The notes under the pieces are model-generated. The model did no database searches. It was not told where the DNA came from and was given only the letters and a program-made list of their open reading frames with translations. DNA of 64,000 bases from Phoronis australis. Its lineage: Eukaryota > Animalia > Phoronida. The stretch is taken from positions 1-64,000 of the forward strand of contig NMRA01000873.1 in the NCBI GenBank assembly GCA_002633005.1, in the 5' to 3' direction. Position numbers and translations under genes: made by a program. Shown one piece after another: positions 47,889-59,743 of this stretch; position 1 is the stretch's first letter; each line of letters starts with the position of its first letter.

Positions 47889-50800
47889 AATAAATCAACA
47901 TAAATCACACACTATACTCGGGAACCCAATGGTCGTCCGCCTAAGCATAAAACCGGCTTGTTGTCGTACTCACCCAATTATTCCATTTCAAAGTTATGCT
48001 CTGAATAGGATTTGATTTAACTCTTACAAATATATAGTATTCGTTGATTCAAACGTTTTCTTTTACTTAAGCCGAGTTGTTCAAGTGTGCATTGCTTTTC
48101 GGCAGCCATTTTATAATGACTCCAATGGTCGTCATATGCTGCCGCCTTTTGAATGAACAGAAAACCACACAGAAAAAGGCCAAGGAAATCGTGGAAAGTG
48201 CTTTAAAGCAACTCTACTTCAACCACAAATCGTTTTACTAGTATGATATCGATTTTTAAATCGATTAAAATTGATTTAGAATTTCAGTTCTGGAAAATAA
48301 ATCTCAATTGTTTTATTCCAGATAGACCTTAATTATTTTGTATTTGTGACCTCTTTATTTGACTTTTTGCTCATGTTGTTCTTAACACCACTTATCTCTG
48401 CTGTCCTTCTTTTTCTTTTCAGTTTCTCTTCATTCTCTTGTCAGCCAGAACAGAACTGTAACCCTTTGAGACTTGGTCGGCGAAAATTGATCGTTGAACC
48501 TCGATACCATTGTTCTAATAAATTACCCATAATTGTATTGTTTGATTTTTCTTATCTTTAACAGGCTTCTGCATTCATAAATAAATAAATAAATACCCAA
48601 GTTGCATTTGAATTTTATTGCTCAATCTCTTCTTTTATTTTTGATTATGTCATGCTGTGCTGTATGTAACAATTGCAATATAGTGAAATAAAGTCAATGT
48701 TTTACTTTATTGGTGGCCATTCTCTATCAATTCAAGTATTTTAAATTTCTTCAAATCAATTCAAAATGCTTTAACCAAAAATTTCAACATAAATGTTGAG
48801 CTCAGTACTTTGTTTTGCAATAAAAAAAGTGGACAATATTTTGATGACCAAGGCGTGGACCAAAACTGTTAAGCACCCAGCGTGTTCCATTTGTCTGCTG
48901 CGTTTTTCCTTTGGCCTAACAGGTGTCGGTTAGTACCTGGGACAAACAGATACATTGCATAAACAATCCTTGAGTTGTTTTTTGTTCCGTCTGAAGAAAA
49001 TTTAATTTCTAAAATATCTTCTGAAAATGAACAAAAAAAGTGCATTTAGTAAAATCTACAAGTTTTTAAGTGGTCTCAAAAAACAAACGGTAAATGCATT
49101 AATTTTTGTCTCAGTTCTTCCACGCGTGTTTCTCCCGAGAAGTTAGTACCTAACGTGCAGACGAGCACTCCATGTTGGAACGCTAAGTTCCGCGTGGCTG
49201 CGCTGCACGCGAAAGAAGATGGCGGACGACCTTTGGAGCCTGACGAATCAAATTTTGAAAATCATCGCCTTCGTGCGATTCCGTGTTGCTGTCACCAGAC
49301 TGATGTTCCTCCCCAACATCAATGTCGAAAATCGACTTTAAAAGTGATGGAAACTTGTCTCCTTTGTTTCTAACTTTTAACCCATTTTTTAAGAAAGGGG
49401 TGTACTGATTTTGTCTAACGTTGATAGTGCATAACTTTTGGTTTTTACAATACATTAATTGTGTTGAATGCATTCATATTAGGTGACTTCATTGAGTTGA
49501 ACAGAAAGTAAATAAATGTAACACAACAAAGTTTTGAAAATAAATAGAACAGTAAAACAGGACTCCCTAAAATCGAGCTGTTTTCGAAAACTTTACGCCA
49601 TTGTTGATCTGATTGGTTCATGCATTTACGGCGGGAAAATAATAGACCAAGTATCGTGCACGTGTGCACTGTAGCAACACTTTGTATCTTATTCTTATTT
49701 GGCCAATCTGTTGATACAGTAAATTTCCTTATTTATGCCCATCCTGATTTGACTGCAACTTGAGCTTGTTGGGTTCTATCATATATTGGGTTGGCATTGG
49801 GACCCACATGATGCTCACTCGAATGGTCTTCATTTTACCAAGTATTTCAAATTGAGGTGAAGTAAATAAACAAAGTGGGTGATTATCATCACCAGAATTT
49901 CATCATTAGTATCTTTTGCCGAGACTAGGGATTGTCAGATTTGTAAGGTAGAAGTGTTTTGCTGGATTTCCAGGTCTGTGGCGTTATTTATACCGGACCA
50001 AAATTAAAAAAAACAGACCTTTGTTTGAATCAGGAGCTGCATGATACACATTTATTAGACGTGCGCAGGCATTGCACTGATCACTTGGAACCATTTTTAT
50101 GGTTTATTAATATATAGTTAAACTAAGCTGATGAGCTTGAAACCTGATTCACGGCAATTTTTGGCAGTGGTATTTTCTGAAAAATGCTCGTAAGTTGACA
50201 ACAAAGTTTGATAGCAATGCACTGCAGTTTTGTAGAAACTCTGTTCACAGGTTCCAGATGCGTCACAGAGCGTAACTTTGATGAATTCTAGCTTACGATT
50301 TCACCTGTTTCGGAGACCGGGTTTCAACCACTTTTGGGCTGTAATAAGCGCCCCCTTCCTGAAGAGGATTTTTCTAAGCACCCTGGCCGCTTATTAGGGC
50401 GCATACGGTAATATTTCAGAAGGGCAATACTTAGTATCCTTTATGCAAGGAACCCTTTTGTTACATTAGGAGTGGGATTGGTTCATTATGTACCCTACAG
50501 GTGGCATAGGACTTTACAAAACTGGTTGAAGAATTTTGTTTTCGTCATAAACGTTCGTTTGAAAGGCTTAAGTTTGGAAATGTTAGGACTTAAGGAGGAA
50601 ATTTAAAAAAACATATGTCCGCTTACAAAAAATTTAACATTGAAGAATAAAAACAACCTTTACATCCCTCTGGTGTTCCTGTTCCATGTTTTCAAAGAAG
50701 TTGGTTGCATTTTCATAGACTGCAGTCGAGAGAATTTGTGCGGCAGTATATTCGACATGAAATGAGTGTGTAACCTGCAGTTGAATTGCGTGATAGATTT

Positions 50801-51943
50801 TGACTGGTCCGGGTGGTTATTTTTAAAGTATTAATGTAATCTTTATTTATGTTAAAGGTTTTACCAGCGTTCTATTTATTTGTACACGAATGTGAATTTG
50901 TTGAAATCGCTGATACAAATCCTGGCCAAATGTGCGCATTCTGCTGAGATCAACCTCTGATCAGGGCCAGCGAAGAGTAATTTGGTTAATTCGCTCACTA
51001 GGCTATGGCTGAACTTCCTCATAAGGACAAGAGTTTACGAGTCACTACCTTTGGAAGAAATTTAGCGGATAATTTTCGTCAAAAAGTTTACCAGATAGTT
51101 TTCATCAAAACGGAGAAAACAAAAATGGATTTGTGAAGACAGGATTAAGTAGTAGAGTCTCTTAAAAACATTCATCTTCGAAGTGCCTTGATTGAACAAA
51201 TGTATAAAATCTTCTTGCCATTCACGTTGACACAAGAAGTAAGGTTTTCTTCCCACAGCCGATTATGGGGTCTTCGGATGGTATGGAAGCCAATTCCTTT
51301 GCATTTCGCGTGTGTGGCCGAACAACCGGCCACACAGTAGCCGATCATGATTAGCAGACGACGTACTTGCCGGAAATTGCACCAGAAAATTTAGCCAGGT
51401 GTCGCCAGTGAATAATGACGTAAGGGCTCGTGCGTAAGCTCACAGATTTCATCCACTGAAAATATACGGAGTTGGCGGTCTATGTACTATAGTCTATGGT
51501 GAAACATATGCCGCCAATCGTTAGTGTCATGAAGCATTTGAGATATTAAAGGCGAAGGCAACCTGTTTTCATGTCAATTTTTAGCAAAAATAAGGTTCGT
51601 TAGTTATCCCAGACATATTTTACAATTAATTGTAATTTTTCGTAATTTGATTAATTACTCGTCTTCTCCTCCGGAAGTGACGTTTTGGGAGGCAAGAATT
51701 TCGCGCCAATTTAGCTCTGTGTTGAGTTTAGTGTGAGGATCTGTACTAGGGCTGTTTTTCTAAAATTGTCGTCACCACTTCCCATCGACGAGTTTTCTAC
51801 GACAAACTAGTTTGTTAGAGAACCCAATATTACGTTCGATTTAGGGATTCTTTACTTTGTGTTAATCTGAAAATGACTGGAATCGGCGATCCATATCACA
51901 GTGACAGTAGTGACGTGAGTGAGTAACGGAGACATTGTTCATA

Positions 51944-53555
51944 TAGACCCTATTTATGCGGCGGACATTAAAATCCAAAGCGAGGCTCACTGCGATAAAC
52001 AAAGCAAAAGTAGACATTGCGTGAGTTAAATAGCCGGTCTTTCGAGTCCAACCTGGATATTAAATTTTAATGATGTGTCGACAATTAACCACAAAGACGT
52101 AGAAAATTACATTAGAGAACGCCAAAGAGTTGTCTGACGAAAGGATTTAATTTTTTCGGAAAACTAGGTTCGAAACATGAAAAGTAAACTTGACCAAATT
52201 GCGGTGATCGTAGTGTTAGGATTAGGTATTATGCTGAATGAAGGGTTACGTTATTTCTTGTAAATTGTTGATCAAAATACTTTCTACGCGGACCAGGTCA
52301 TCTGCTTGTATTGTTGACGAGTTGAAGACATATTCGACAGTGGTGGATTAGTCACATCTGGTTTAATTTGTAAATCAAGAATATTAACATCAAGCATAGC
52401 CTGATCCTATGCACTCACTGGGACTAACAGTTGATTTGTCATTGATCTGAAAGAATAATTGATGTTATTAAGTATATTCTTTATTAAAATAAAAAACCAG
52501 GCTCGTAATTGGAAATAAAAATTATTTGACCATCAATTCTGCTTTCTTAGTTGTAATAATTCTTACATCTATTTCATGTCTTCGATTTCAAATATCAATC
52601 TGGACCGAGTTGAATTTTAAAATTAAAACACCTAATTCGTTCGTCCAAAACATAACGTCGTTTTAGAACTCAATTTCAGTTAAGTGGACAATGCAATCAT
52701 AGTTATCATGTTTCTGCAGGAGCCTCGTTCATCCGAGGGGAAAGGTGCCAGTGCCTACTGAGAGGCGATTTTTTCGCCTAGTGAGGGTGGGAACAATCTA
52801 CCTCCCGATCACCATCAGTAGCACCCCCACCCTGTTGCAAGCTCTCTTAGCCTCTGTCTCAATTTAAAGTAGCCTTTTGTGCTCTCAAAAATTGTCACCT
52901 GTGTGGTTACAGGTGATGTGAACTCGGAAAGATTTTTCATTAGGGGAATTTGTATGCCTCGTGGGGGAATTTCGCGTGATATTTCAATATTTTTGAGAGG
53001 GGAATAGGGCCGATATTGGGCCCCAAATTTGAGGGATTGAGGACCCTGTCCTTTTTGGAAAAAAACGGTAAACGGGGTTCATTCAGCGCCTATGCGTTGT
53101 TTATTCACCCCCCAAGACCCCCTGGTGGCGCACGTGGGTTAGTCAGCAATTCGCACCCGAACTCAAAAATGGGATCTGATACAATTTTAGAGGGGCCATG
53201 CCCCCCCCCCCTAAATCCGTAGTCGTGAAAACACATCCTGTCTGGCCCATTCTCCGGTCGTTACTATGATGCTTGACAACTGACCGAGATGCGACAAAAT
53301 ATGATCTAACTTATCGAAAACATTTATAAATTTTACACGGACACATTTTGCTTCGTCGCGGCGTATGGCAACGACCCAACGCTTCCGAATCTCAACGTCT
53401 TTAGAGATTGTAAAGCAGACAGTTGCGTGTCCGTATTTTTTCTAGCCGTTCGCTGAACAACACGGACTGAAACACAGAACTATGCCGATAAGCTGACAGA
53501 GCTATCGTAGCGAGCCTCGTTTTGGAACGCGCCTCGTGTCGGCATGAATAGTCTA
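51944..53555. mobile_element. Nested non-autonomous ISL2EU/Harbinger-like element inside the Kolobok
   Basis: Imperfect inverted ends tagaccctatttatgc...ccaaagcgaggctc vs gagcctcgttttgg...gcatgaatagtcta, TA-flanked. Confidence 0.55.
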
Positions 53556-53589
53556 TAGCAGTGGTGGCAAGGAATTTTTTCACGGACAG

Positions 53590-54412
53590 TCACTCAGTCA
53601 GTGAGTGGGTATACTTTGTATGTTTGAGCCCGAGTATGATGAGGCAGAGTACGCACAGGCATAACTGTCCCACTTGCCCCAGTGTCCCGCAACACACTCC
53701 CACTGGATGTGGACATGAGTACCCAAACTGCTTACATCCCACAGTGTGACTCCCTCGCCACACACCTGGCACTTTCTAAATATCTCCAATACTTTAGACA
53801 AGTCCACAATAAACTTCTCAAAGTTTGGCTCACCGATCTGTTCGTTGGACGACGAACTGTCCTCTTCACTGGGTGTCGAACTGGGCCTGTAGGCCATTCA
53901 CTCCCACAACTCAGCATCGCTGCCGCAGGGCTGCTTACAGGCTCTGTGTTAGAGACAACAGCATGGGGCGAATCACAGCTAGTTCCCAGAATTGCACGCT
54001 CTGTACCTTCGGAGGCAAGGGTGACAGTTGATGAAGTGCCTCCAGTCACTGTCATGGCCATACCTCGCGAGGCTTCTCGCTTCAAAAACGCACTTCTCGG
54101 GGAAGGGGAGCACTGCCGGGAATCAACAGCTACGGTATCGCACCGTTCTTCAGGCGTTGTTTCGCAGAGACCTTCATAAATTCAGCGTACATATCCCTCT
54201 CGTAATCTGACAGCAGAAAATGCTTACCAAACACTCGGTAACCCTCCACTGCTTTGAACGTTGCGTTGACTGGTAGCGCTGCGTTATTCACACGAACGGG
54301 CCAAGTACGGCGAAGTGTGACATCCTTTGGAAAGCGATGCAAAGCCTAGTATTCCCAAAGCGCGTGTGAGACGATAATGAGTACATCCCGGCACGCAGCA
54401 ACAGTGTGGCAT
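53590..54412 (-). pseudogene. THAP-domain Kolobok transposase 5' remnant
   Basis: MPHCCCVPGC / LHRFPKD...W...KHF...LKNGAIP (THAP, frameshifted); KFIVDLSKVLEIFRKCQVC...WECVAGHWGKWDS typical of the Kolobok transposase N-terminus; catalytic domain missing. Confidence 0.8.
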
Positions 54413-55629
54413 GTTGTCTGACTCGTAAACAAAAGCAAACGACGACCGAACTTATCACAACAGAGGTAGAACAATGACTGACTCCACAGCTCTCACAGTC
54501 ACACTATATGAAAAGAAATTGGCACGAAATTCTTGCCTCCCAAAACGTCACTTCCGGAGTAGAGCACGAGTAATTAATTAAATCAAGAAAAGCTGTAATT
54601 AAGTGAAAAATATTTCTAGGATAACCAACGAACCTTATTTTTACTAAAAATAAAATGAAAAAGGTTGCCTTTGCCTTTAACTAACGCCATCAATAAAAGG
54701 GGTTATGACACCATCAAAGAAGGAAAGAGGAGAGACTAAGCAGAAAAGGCACCACCAGCATTACTGATTTACGAGAAAAGAAAAGACAAATGTACAAGTT
54801 AATTTATCATGGTGTCTTATGTCATCGATTGATGGTATATTAATTTTATAAAAGTAAATACTTCTATTCCTAGACAACTGACCTTGACTGGACCACACAA
54901 AGCAAAAATTATTACATCAATTTTCAACCCTGAACAGTCCAACTGACATTTTTCAGCTATTGGCAGACTCCAAATACACAAAAGAGCAGCACCGTCAGAA
55001 GACATGCAATCTGTAGAGATCGTTTCAGTAGAATTTCAAGTGGTAAGTAGTTTAATTTATCTCAGACACGAGTTAACAGGTAGCATAAACTACTCAAAAT
55101 CAACTCCCATCTAACGGAGCAGACGATCGCCTACGTCGTGACACTTTCAGGATTCTAGATAAGAGGAGGCGTATCCCACAAATCAATGATTTGGGATCAA
55201 TTTTTGATATGCCAAACAGGTCAATCTAGATTAATGATCACTATGTGAGTACCTTTCAGCTTCTGCTATATTAGTTAGTAGCCAAAATGACAAAGTAAGC
55301 TATCCGAAGTTTCAGGTTTACACCGATTAGAGGTCAAGCGAATGCAATAAAGGGCAACAGAAAAGAAAAAGTCATGATGCAGGAAGTAAAGTGAACGCCA
55401 GATACAGTGGTATGAAGACGAACTGCGCGTTAACTCAAAAAATTAAGTAGACTCGCGTGATTTTGAGATCACGACATATGCAGCGACAGCAATAAAAAAT
55501 TAGAGCCAGTTTACCATCTTCGTAGTTAGGCAATGTTATTCACAGTACAATTTCGTGTTTCGGGAGCATTATCGGTTTAAATTACAGTCGAGCTGCTTCA
55601 CTTAAACTGACAACTGGCATCTAACTCAA

Positions 55630-57531
55630 ATGGGAAACACCCTTCGTGGATATTTCTGTACGCAACGAGAGTCCAGTGAATCTATGTGTGAAGACCTAGA
55701 CGGTGAAGATGGCAACAGGAATCGTCTCGAAAACAATCTTATCAAGGCACTCCAGAAAGACAATAACTCTGAATTGGAATCGAGTTTAGAGAAGTATCTT
55801 GAAGGCATTCAATTATCTGGAGACAAACTGGCAATGAATCATATCCTCGTGGAACGAGTGAGAACTATTGTTGAGTCAACCAGTGGGATGCTTGAATGTC
55901 AATATGAACTCAAGGCAGCACTAAAATATCGTAGCTACAATACCGTCGTGGATGCGCTTCGAAAGTATCTAAAGTTCACGTCAAAAGTGTTGCAAACACA
56001 ACTAGACCAACGGCTAATTAGAGATGCAAAGCAATTTATCAAGGAGGAACGCCAAGGTGTATCAAGGGGAAGCAGTTTGTCCGGAGTCTCACAGAAGGAC
56101 TTTCGGACAATTAAGGGCTCGGTTGCAAGCACACCTGGCTTAAGTGAAGCTGCCACCAAGAGACGTCGGACTAGTGGCGTGTCTACAGCGAGTGAAAATC
56201 TGGACAAAGATAAGCCTGCTAAATTCAAATCCATAAGTCAAGATAAAGAGAAACTTTATGAAGCATTGCACCAGGACGACATATCACTTATGAAACAAGA
56301 GTTAAATCGGTACTCCATGAATCCAGATCCGGACTGGAAATTCGTGAACAAGGCTAAGCATATTATAAGTACCAAGGCAGAATACAGGCAACACGTAGTA
56401 GAAAAAAACAGGAAACTCTTGCAACAACTTGTCAATGCCACGTATAACATGAACCTCCAAAAGATTTCGTCAGCTCTTAAGGACTACGAAAGATACTGCG
56501 AGCAGCACAGTCCAGTCATCTCTCTTGACCGAGGAGTAGTGATACAGGCGAAAGTAATCATTAGTCAGCTCGAATCAGAAGTGGAAGCGGTCAAAAGAGA
56601 ACACGAAGCATTCCGTAACAGATTGACCCGAGCAAGTCAGTTGGGCAATCCTGGAGAGGTAGAGTATGCATTGGAAAAGTACGAACTCTTCGCGAAGTAC
56701 CGAGGCTACGTTATTGACGATAAGCTCGTCGAGAAAGCCAAAAAGAGCTTACTGCTTTCTTCGATGGAGAAGAACCGAGACGAGTTGAAAAGAAAGCTGG
56801 TTGAAGCAAACGAAAGTGGGGACACAGAGTTAATGAAGGATGCTCTGAGCAAATATAGGAGTTTTCTCGAGGAAAGTGGTACTGGAGATGATCCTCTCGT
56901 AGAGCAAATAGAGACAAAACTTACGACGTCGTATTGTCAAACCCTCCTTGATGAAGCTATCCACAGTAACGATGTAGAAAAATTAAAATGGGCAATAGAT
57001 CATGTGAAAACGTTTCAGGTGGTTGACGAAGTTAAGGAAAAATGTAAGAAGGCCAGTGTGATCATGGAAAAAATAGAACATGGGATAAAAACGAAATCTG
57101 CCATTATGAACTTGGACCGAGCACAATTGCACGAAATCCGGGACTACTCGAATCCACCGCCGGTGGTTCATGAGTTAATGGTCGCCATTTTGCTTTTATT
57201 AGGGTATTCCGAGAGCGAAACGCGCGACTGGGCAACATGTCAAAAACTGTGTTGTAGTTACAGGACGCCAACATATCAAGGACTCATTAAGAGTATCCAA
57301 GATTTTGAACTGGTTCACCTGAACCCGGCCATCGCAAAGCGTGCTCAGCAGATTCTAGAAGTATTGACGCCTGAATGCGTCAGAGCGACAAGTCACGCTG
57401 CATCTCTGCTCTATGCATGGGCAGTTGCTACTTGTGAGCGATGTCTTGAAAATGCGGATTGCCCAACGCCGGCAACAGGTACGCGACAGAACTCGATCTT
57501 GGCCTCTATGGGCAAACAAGCAAGACAATAG
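55630..57531 (+). CDS. Single-ORF 633-aa protein: possible N-myristoylation site, ~7 helical repeats, C-terminal dynein-stalk microtubule-binding-domain-like module; no motor
   Basis: Uninterrupted 1.9-kb ORF starting MGNTLRGYFC; repeat LxxAxxxx(N/D)xxx(L/V)xxALxKY...DxxLVxxAK; C-terminal LDRAQLHEIRDYSNPPPVVHELMVAILLLLG...DW...LIKSIQDFE...VRATSHAASLLYAWA aligns by eye to the dynein MTBD consensus. Confidence 0.85.
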   Translation: MGNTLRGYFCTQRESSESMCEDLDGEDGNRNRLENNLIKALQKDNNSELESSLEKYLEGIQLSGDKLAMNHILVERVRTIVESTSGMLECQYELKAALKYRSYNTVVDALRKYLKFTSKVLQTQLDQRLIRDAKQFIKEERQGVSRGSSLSGVSQKDFRTIKGSVASTPGLSEAATKRRRTSGVSTASENLDKDKPAKFKSISQDKEKLYEALHQDDISLMKQELNRYSMNPDPDWKFVNKAKHIISTKAEYRQHVVEKNRKLLQQLVNATYNMNLQKISSALKDYERYCEQHSPVISLDRGVVIQAKVIISQLESEVEAVKREHEAFRNRLTRASQLGNPGEVEYALEKYELFAKYRGYVIDDKLVEKAKKSLLLSSMEKNRDELKRKLVEANESGDTELMKDALSKYRSFLEESGTGDDPLVEQIETKLTTSYCQTLLDEAIHSNDVEKLKWAIDHVKTFQVVDEVKEKCKKASVIMEKIEHGIKTKSAIMNLDRAQLHEIRDYSNPPPVVHELMVAILLLLGYSESETRDWATCQKLCCSYRTPTYQGLIKSIQDFELVHLNPAIAKRAQQILEVLTPECVRATSHAASLLYAWAVATCERCLENADCPTPATGTRQNSILASMGKQARQ

Positions 57532-59743
57532 CACTGGTTATAACATCTCAGACAGCTATGGCAGTCTCATGTATGAAAAGGAAAACAACAAACGCCACAC
57601 GAAACCGCTACTGAGTTAATGCATGTAACGTTCACATGGCAGAAAGACATTGCTTAAATCTTGCCACTGACGTTTTGATCGTGTGACTTTAATTGACGGG
57701 CATGGCGATTGTAACTCTGAACCACGGAATTAAATTTTAATTCGAACAGTCGGTTTATCATTTTTTGATCTAGACAAGTGCGCAAACATCTGTTCTATGC
57801 CACCGACAGAAATTGCATGTGCAGCCCCATAGCTGTTAGCTGATCGCGATAGCCACACAGCTTTCTCTTCTTCGCATCGCCCTCCTGGGAGCACGCATGT
57901 ATACATAATGGGCAGTCTAACTGGCATTGTTAAGATTCAAGACTGTTCCATTGTTTTTCGACACCACCGCGTTTCCAATACAGCCTTGACGACTCTTTAA
58001 CCTACTAAGGCAGGCACATACATAACCTGTCCATAGGGCCGGAGTTTAGTGGTTTCGTTTCTGTCTCAAAATCAATGTCAGCAGTTCTCTCGCCAATCCT
58101 TTAAATTTCATGACTATTCTTCGCGGAACTTTGTAGATACTAAGACCAGCAAAAAATCCTAAAACTGTCACCAGTGGGCATTGTAGTTTTCGAATAGGTT
58201 TGAAATCAATGTCGTCCATGGGCAGATTTAATAATACCCAGGCGATCCAACTCTATATAAACCTTTTAAGGTTTAAAGTTTTGGTAAATTAAGCCCCAGC
58301 TTTTTACCACTGTTTATGACCAGATAAGATCATACTTCATACTTCACACCTCCCCAACTCCAACAATAGACCAGCCTTGGGTAAATGAGGGACTCAGAAG
58401 CTCAAGGCTTTTGATGTTGTCACATGTCGCTTTCCTGGGTCTCTGGAGTTGAAATGCGAAGATTCCTATGGAAGTATGACCAAAAGATATGTAACTCAAG
58501 AAATTTATTAATGACAGTTTAGCTAAGTACATTTTCCATTGACTGAAAAATCTCATGTTTGGAAATCTCATGGTGACTAGAAATCTTCCCTTGATTATGC
58601 TGTAATTAATTCCAAGCAATTTTCCCTAAACATAATCCTAATTTCAGAATACAAGCCTCTTGAATCACCAAGAACACAGAGACAAAAGTAACAAATAAAA
58701 TACTACTCAGCCAGGGTTTAAGGCCAGAGATTCCATATCTGAACTCAGACAGATATCAACTAGACAGATATCAACTAACAAATGTTGATATCCATAGTAA
58801 ATGAACTCCCAATCACTTATCTAATTTAACTGTCTTTGATTAGAAATACTGACTTCTTGTTGACTCCTTCATGTAGAAATTGAGCTGAGCACCTTGAGTT
58901 TCAAGAAGAATGGTACAGTCAATCCTTGAATGTCCCAGAGTTGTATAGTTCATCAGCACATATGAGGATATGTCACTCACCATGGTAAAATCTCCACCAG
59001 TTTAGGAGAACAAATTAAGCTGATGCAAGTGAAATTTTACTATCATTTCCATACAACACATGCAGCGCCAAACTAAAAGTTTTTTTCCGTGTTCAAATTT
59101 TTCCCAAAAACAACCATCAAAGTTTTGAAAACTGTGGGTATTCACAACAAAGTTAGAAGCTTGTGAAAGATGAAAAATGACATTTTGGCAATTATTCAAG
59201 TCCGAAATTGGTGAAATTTTATCGATATGGTGTTCCAAGTCCTGCTAAGCATATCTATGCAAGGAAATAGTTTAGTTTTCTCCAAAGTCTGGCAGCGGGG
59301 ACAGAACTTTGGGAAAAGTCACACAACAGCGTAATATTTCAATGGTGCAGACGTCTTGCAGAAGAAAACTCCTACAGGGCTACGTCTCATGAATAAGTGA
59401 CTCAAGACATAAGACAAAAATTTTGTCTGCGCTCCCTGTTCACAATTGGCCACGTAATTATTATTAGTCTGTTACTATTAGCACACAACAGATTAGAAAT
59501 TATTTTTACTAATTATATCCATAACTGACAATTATACATTCTCAGATACTTTTACTAAAATGAAATTTGAATTCACTATTTTCAAAAATAATTGTGTGGA
59601 GCGTAAGACCAAATTCGTGACTTAAGTCATTTTACATGAAACACATCCCAAAGCCTCAAACTAAAACTTTAAGGCACTGTCTGGCTCAAGACTGAATAGA
59701 GTATCTTCTAGCTTGGCACAGCAGTTAAGGAATCGTAAGGGCA

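Larger units (their letters stand above)
51550..54676 (-). mobile_element. Defective Kolobok DNA transposon with ~165-bp TIRs and THAP-transposase remnant
   Basis: TTAA flanks (51546-51549, 54677-54680); TIR aggcgaaggcaacct...ccggaagtgacgttttgggaggcaagaatttcg mirrored at the right end. Confidence 0.88.

Noticed and set aside
53682-54179. 165-aa plus-strand ORF
   Set aside because: Antisense shadow of the THAP-transposase remnant.
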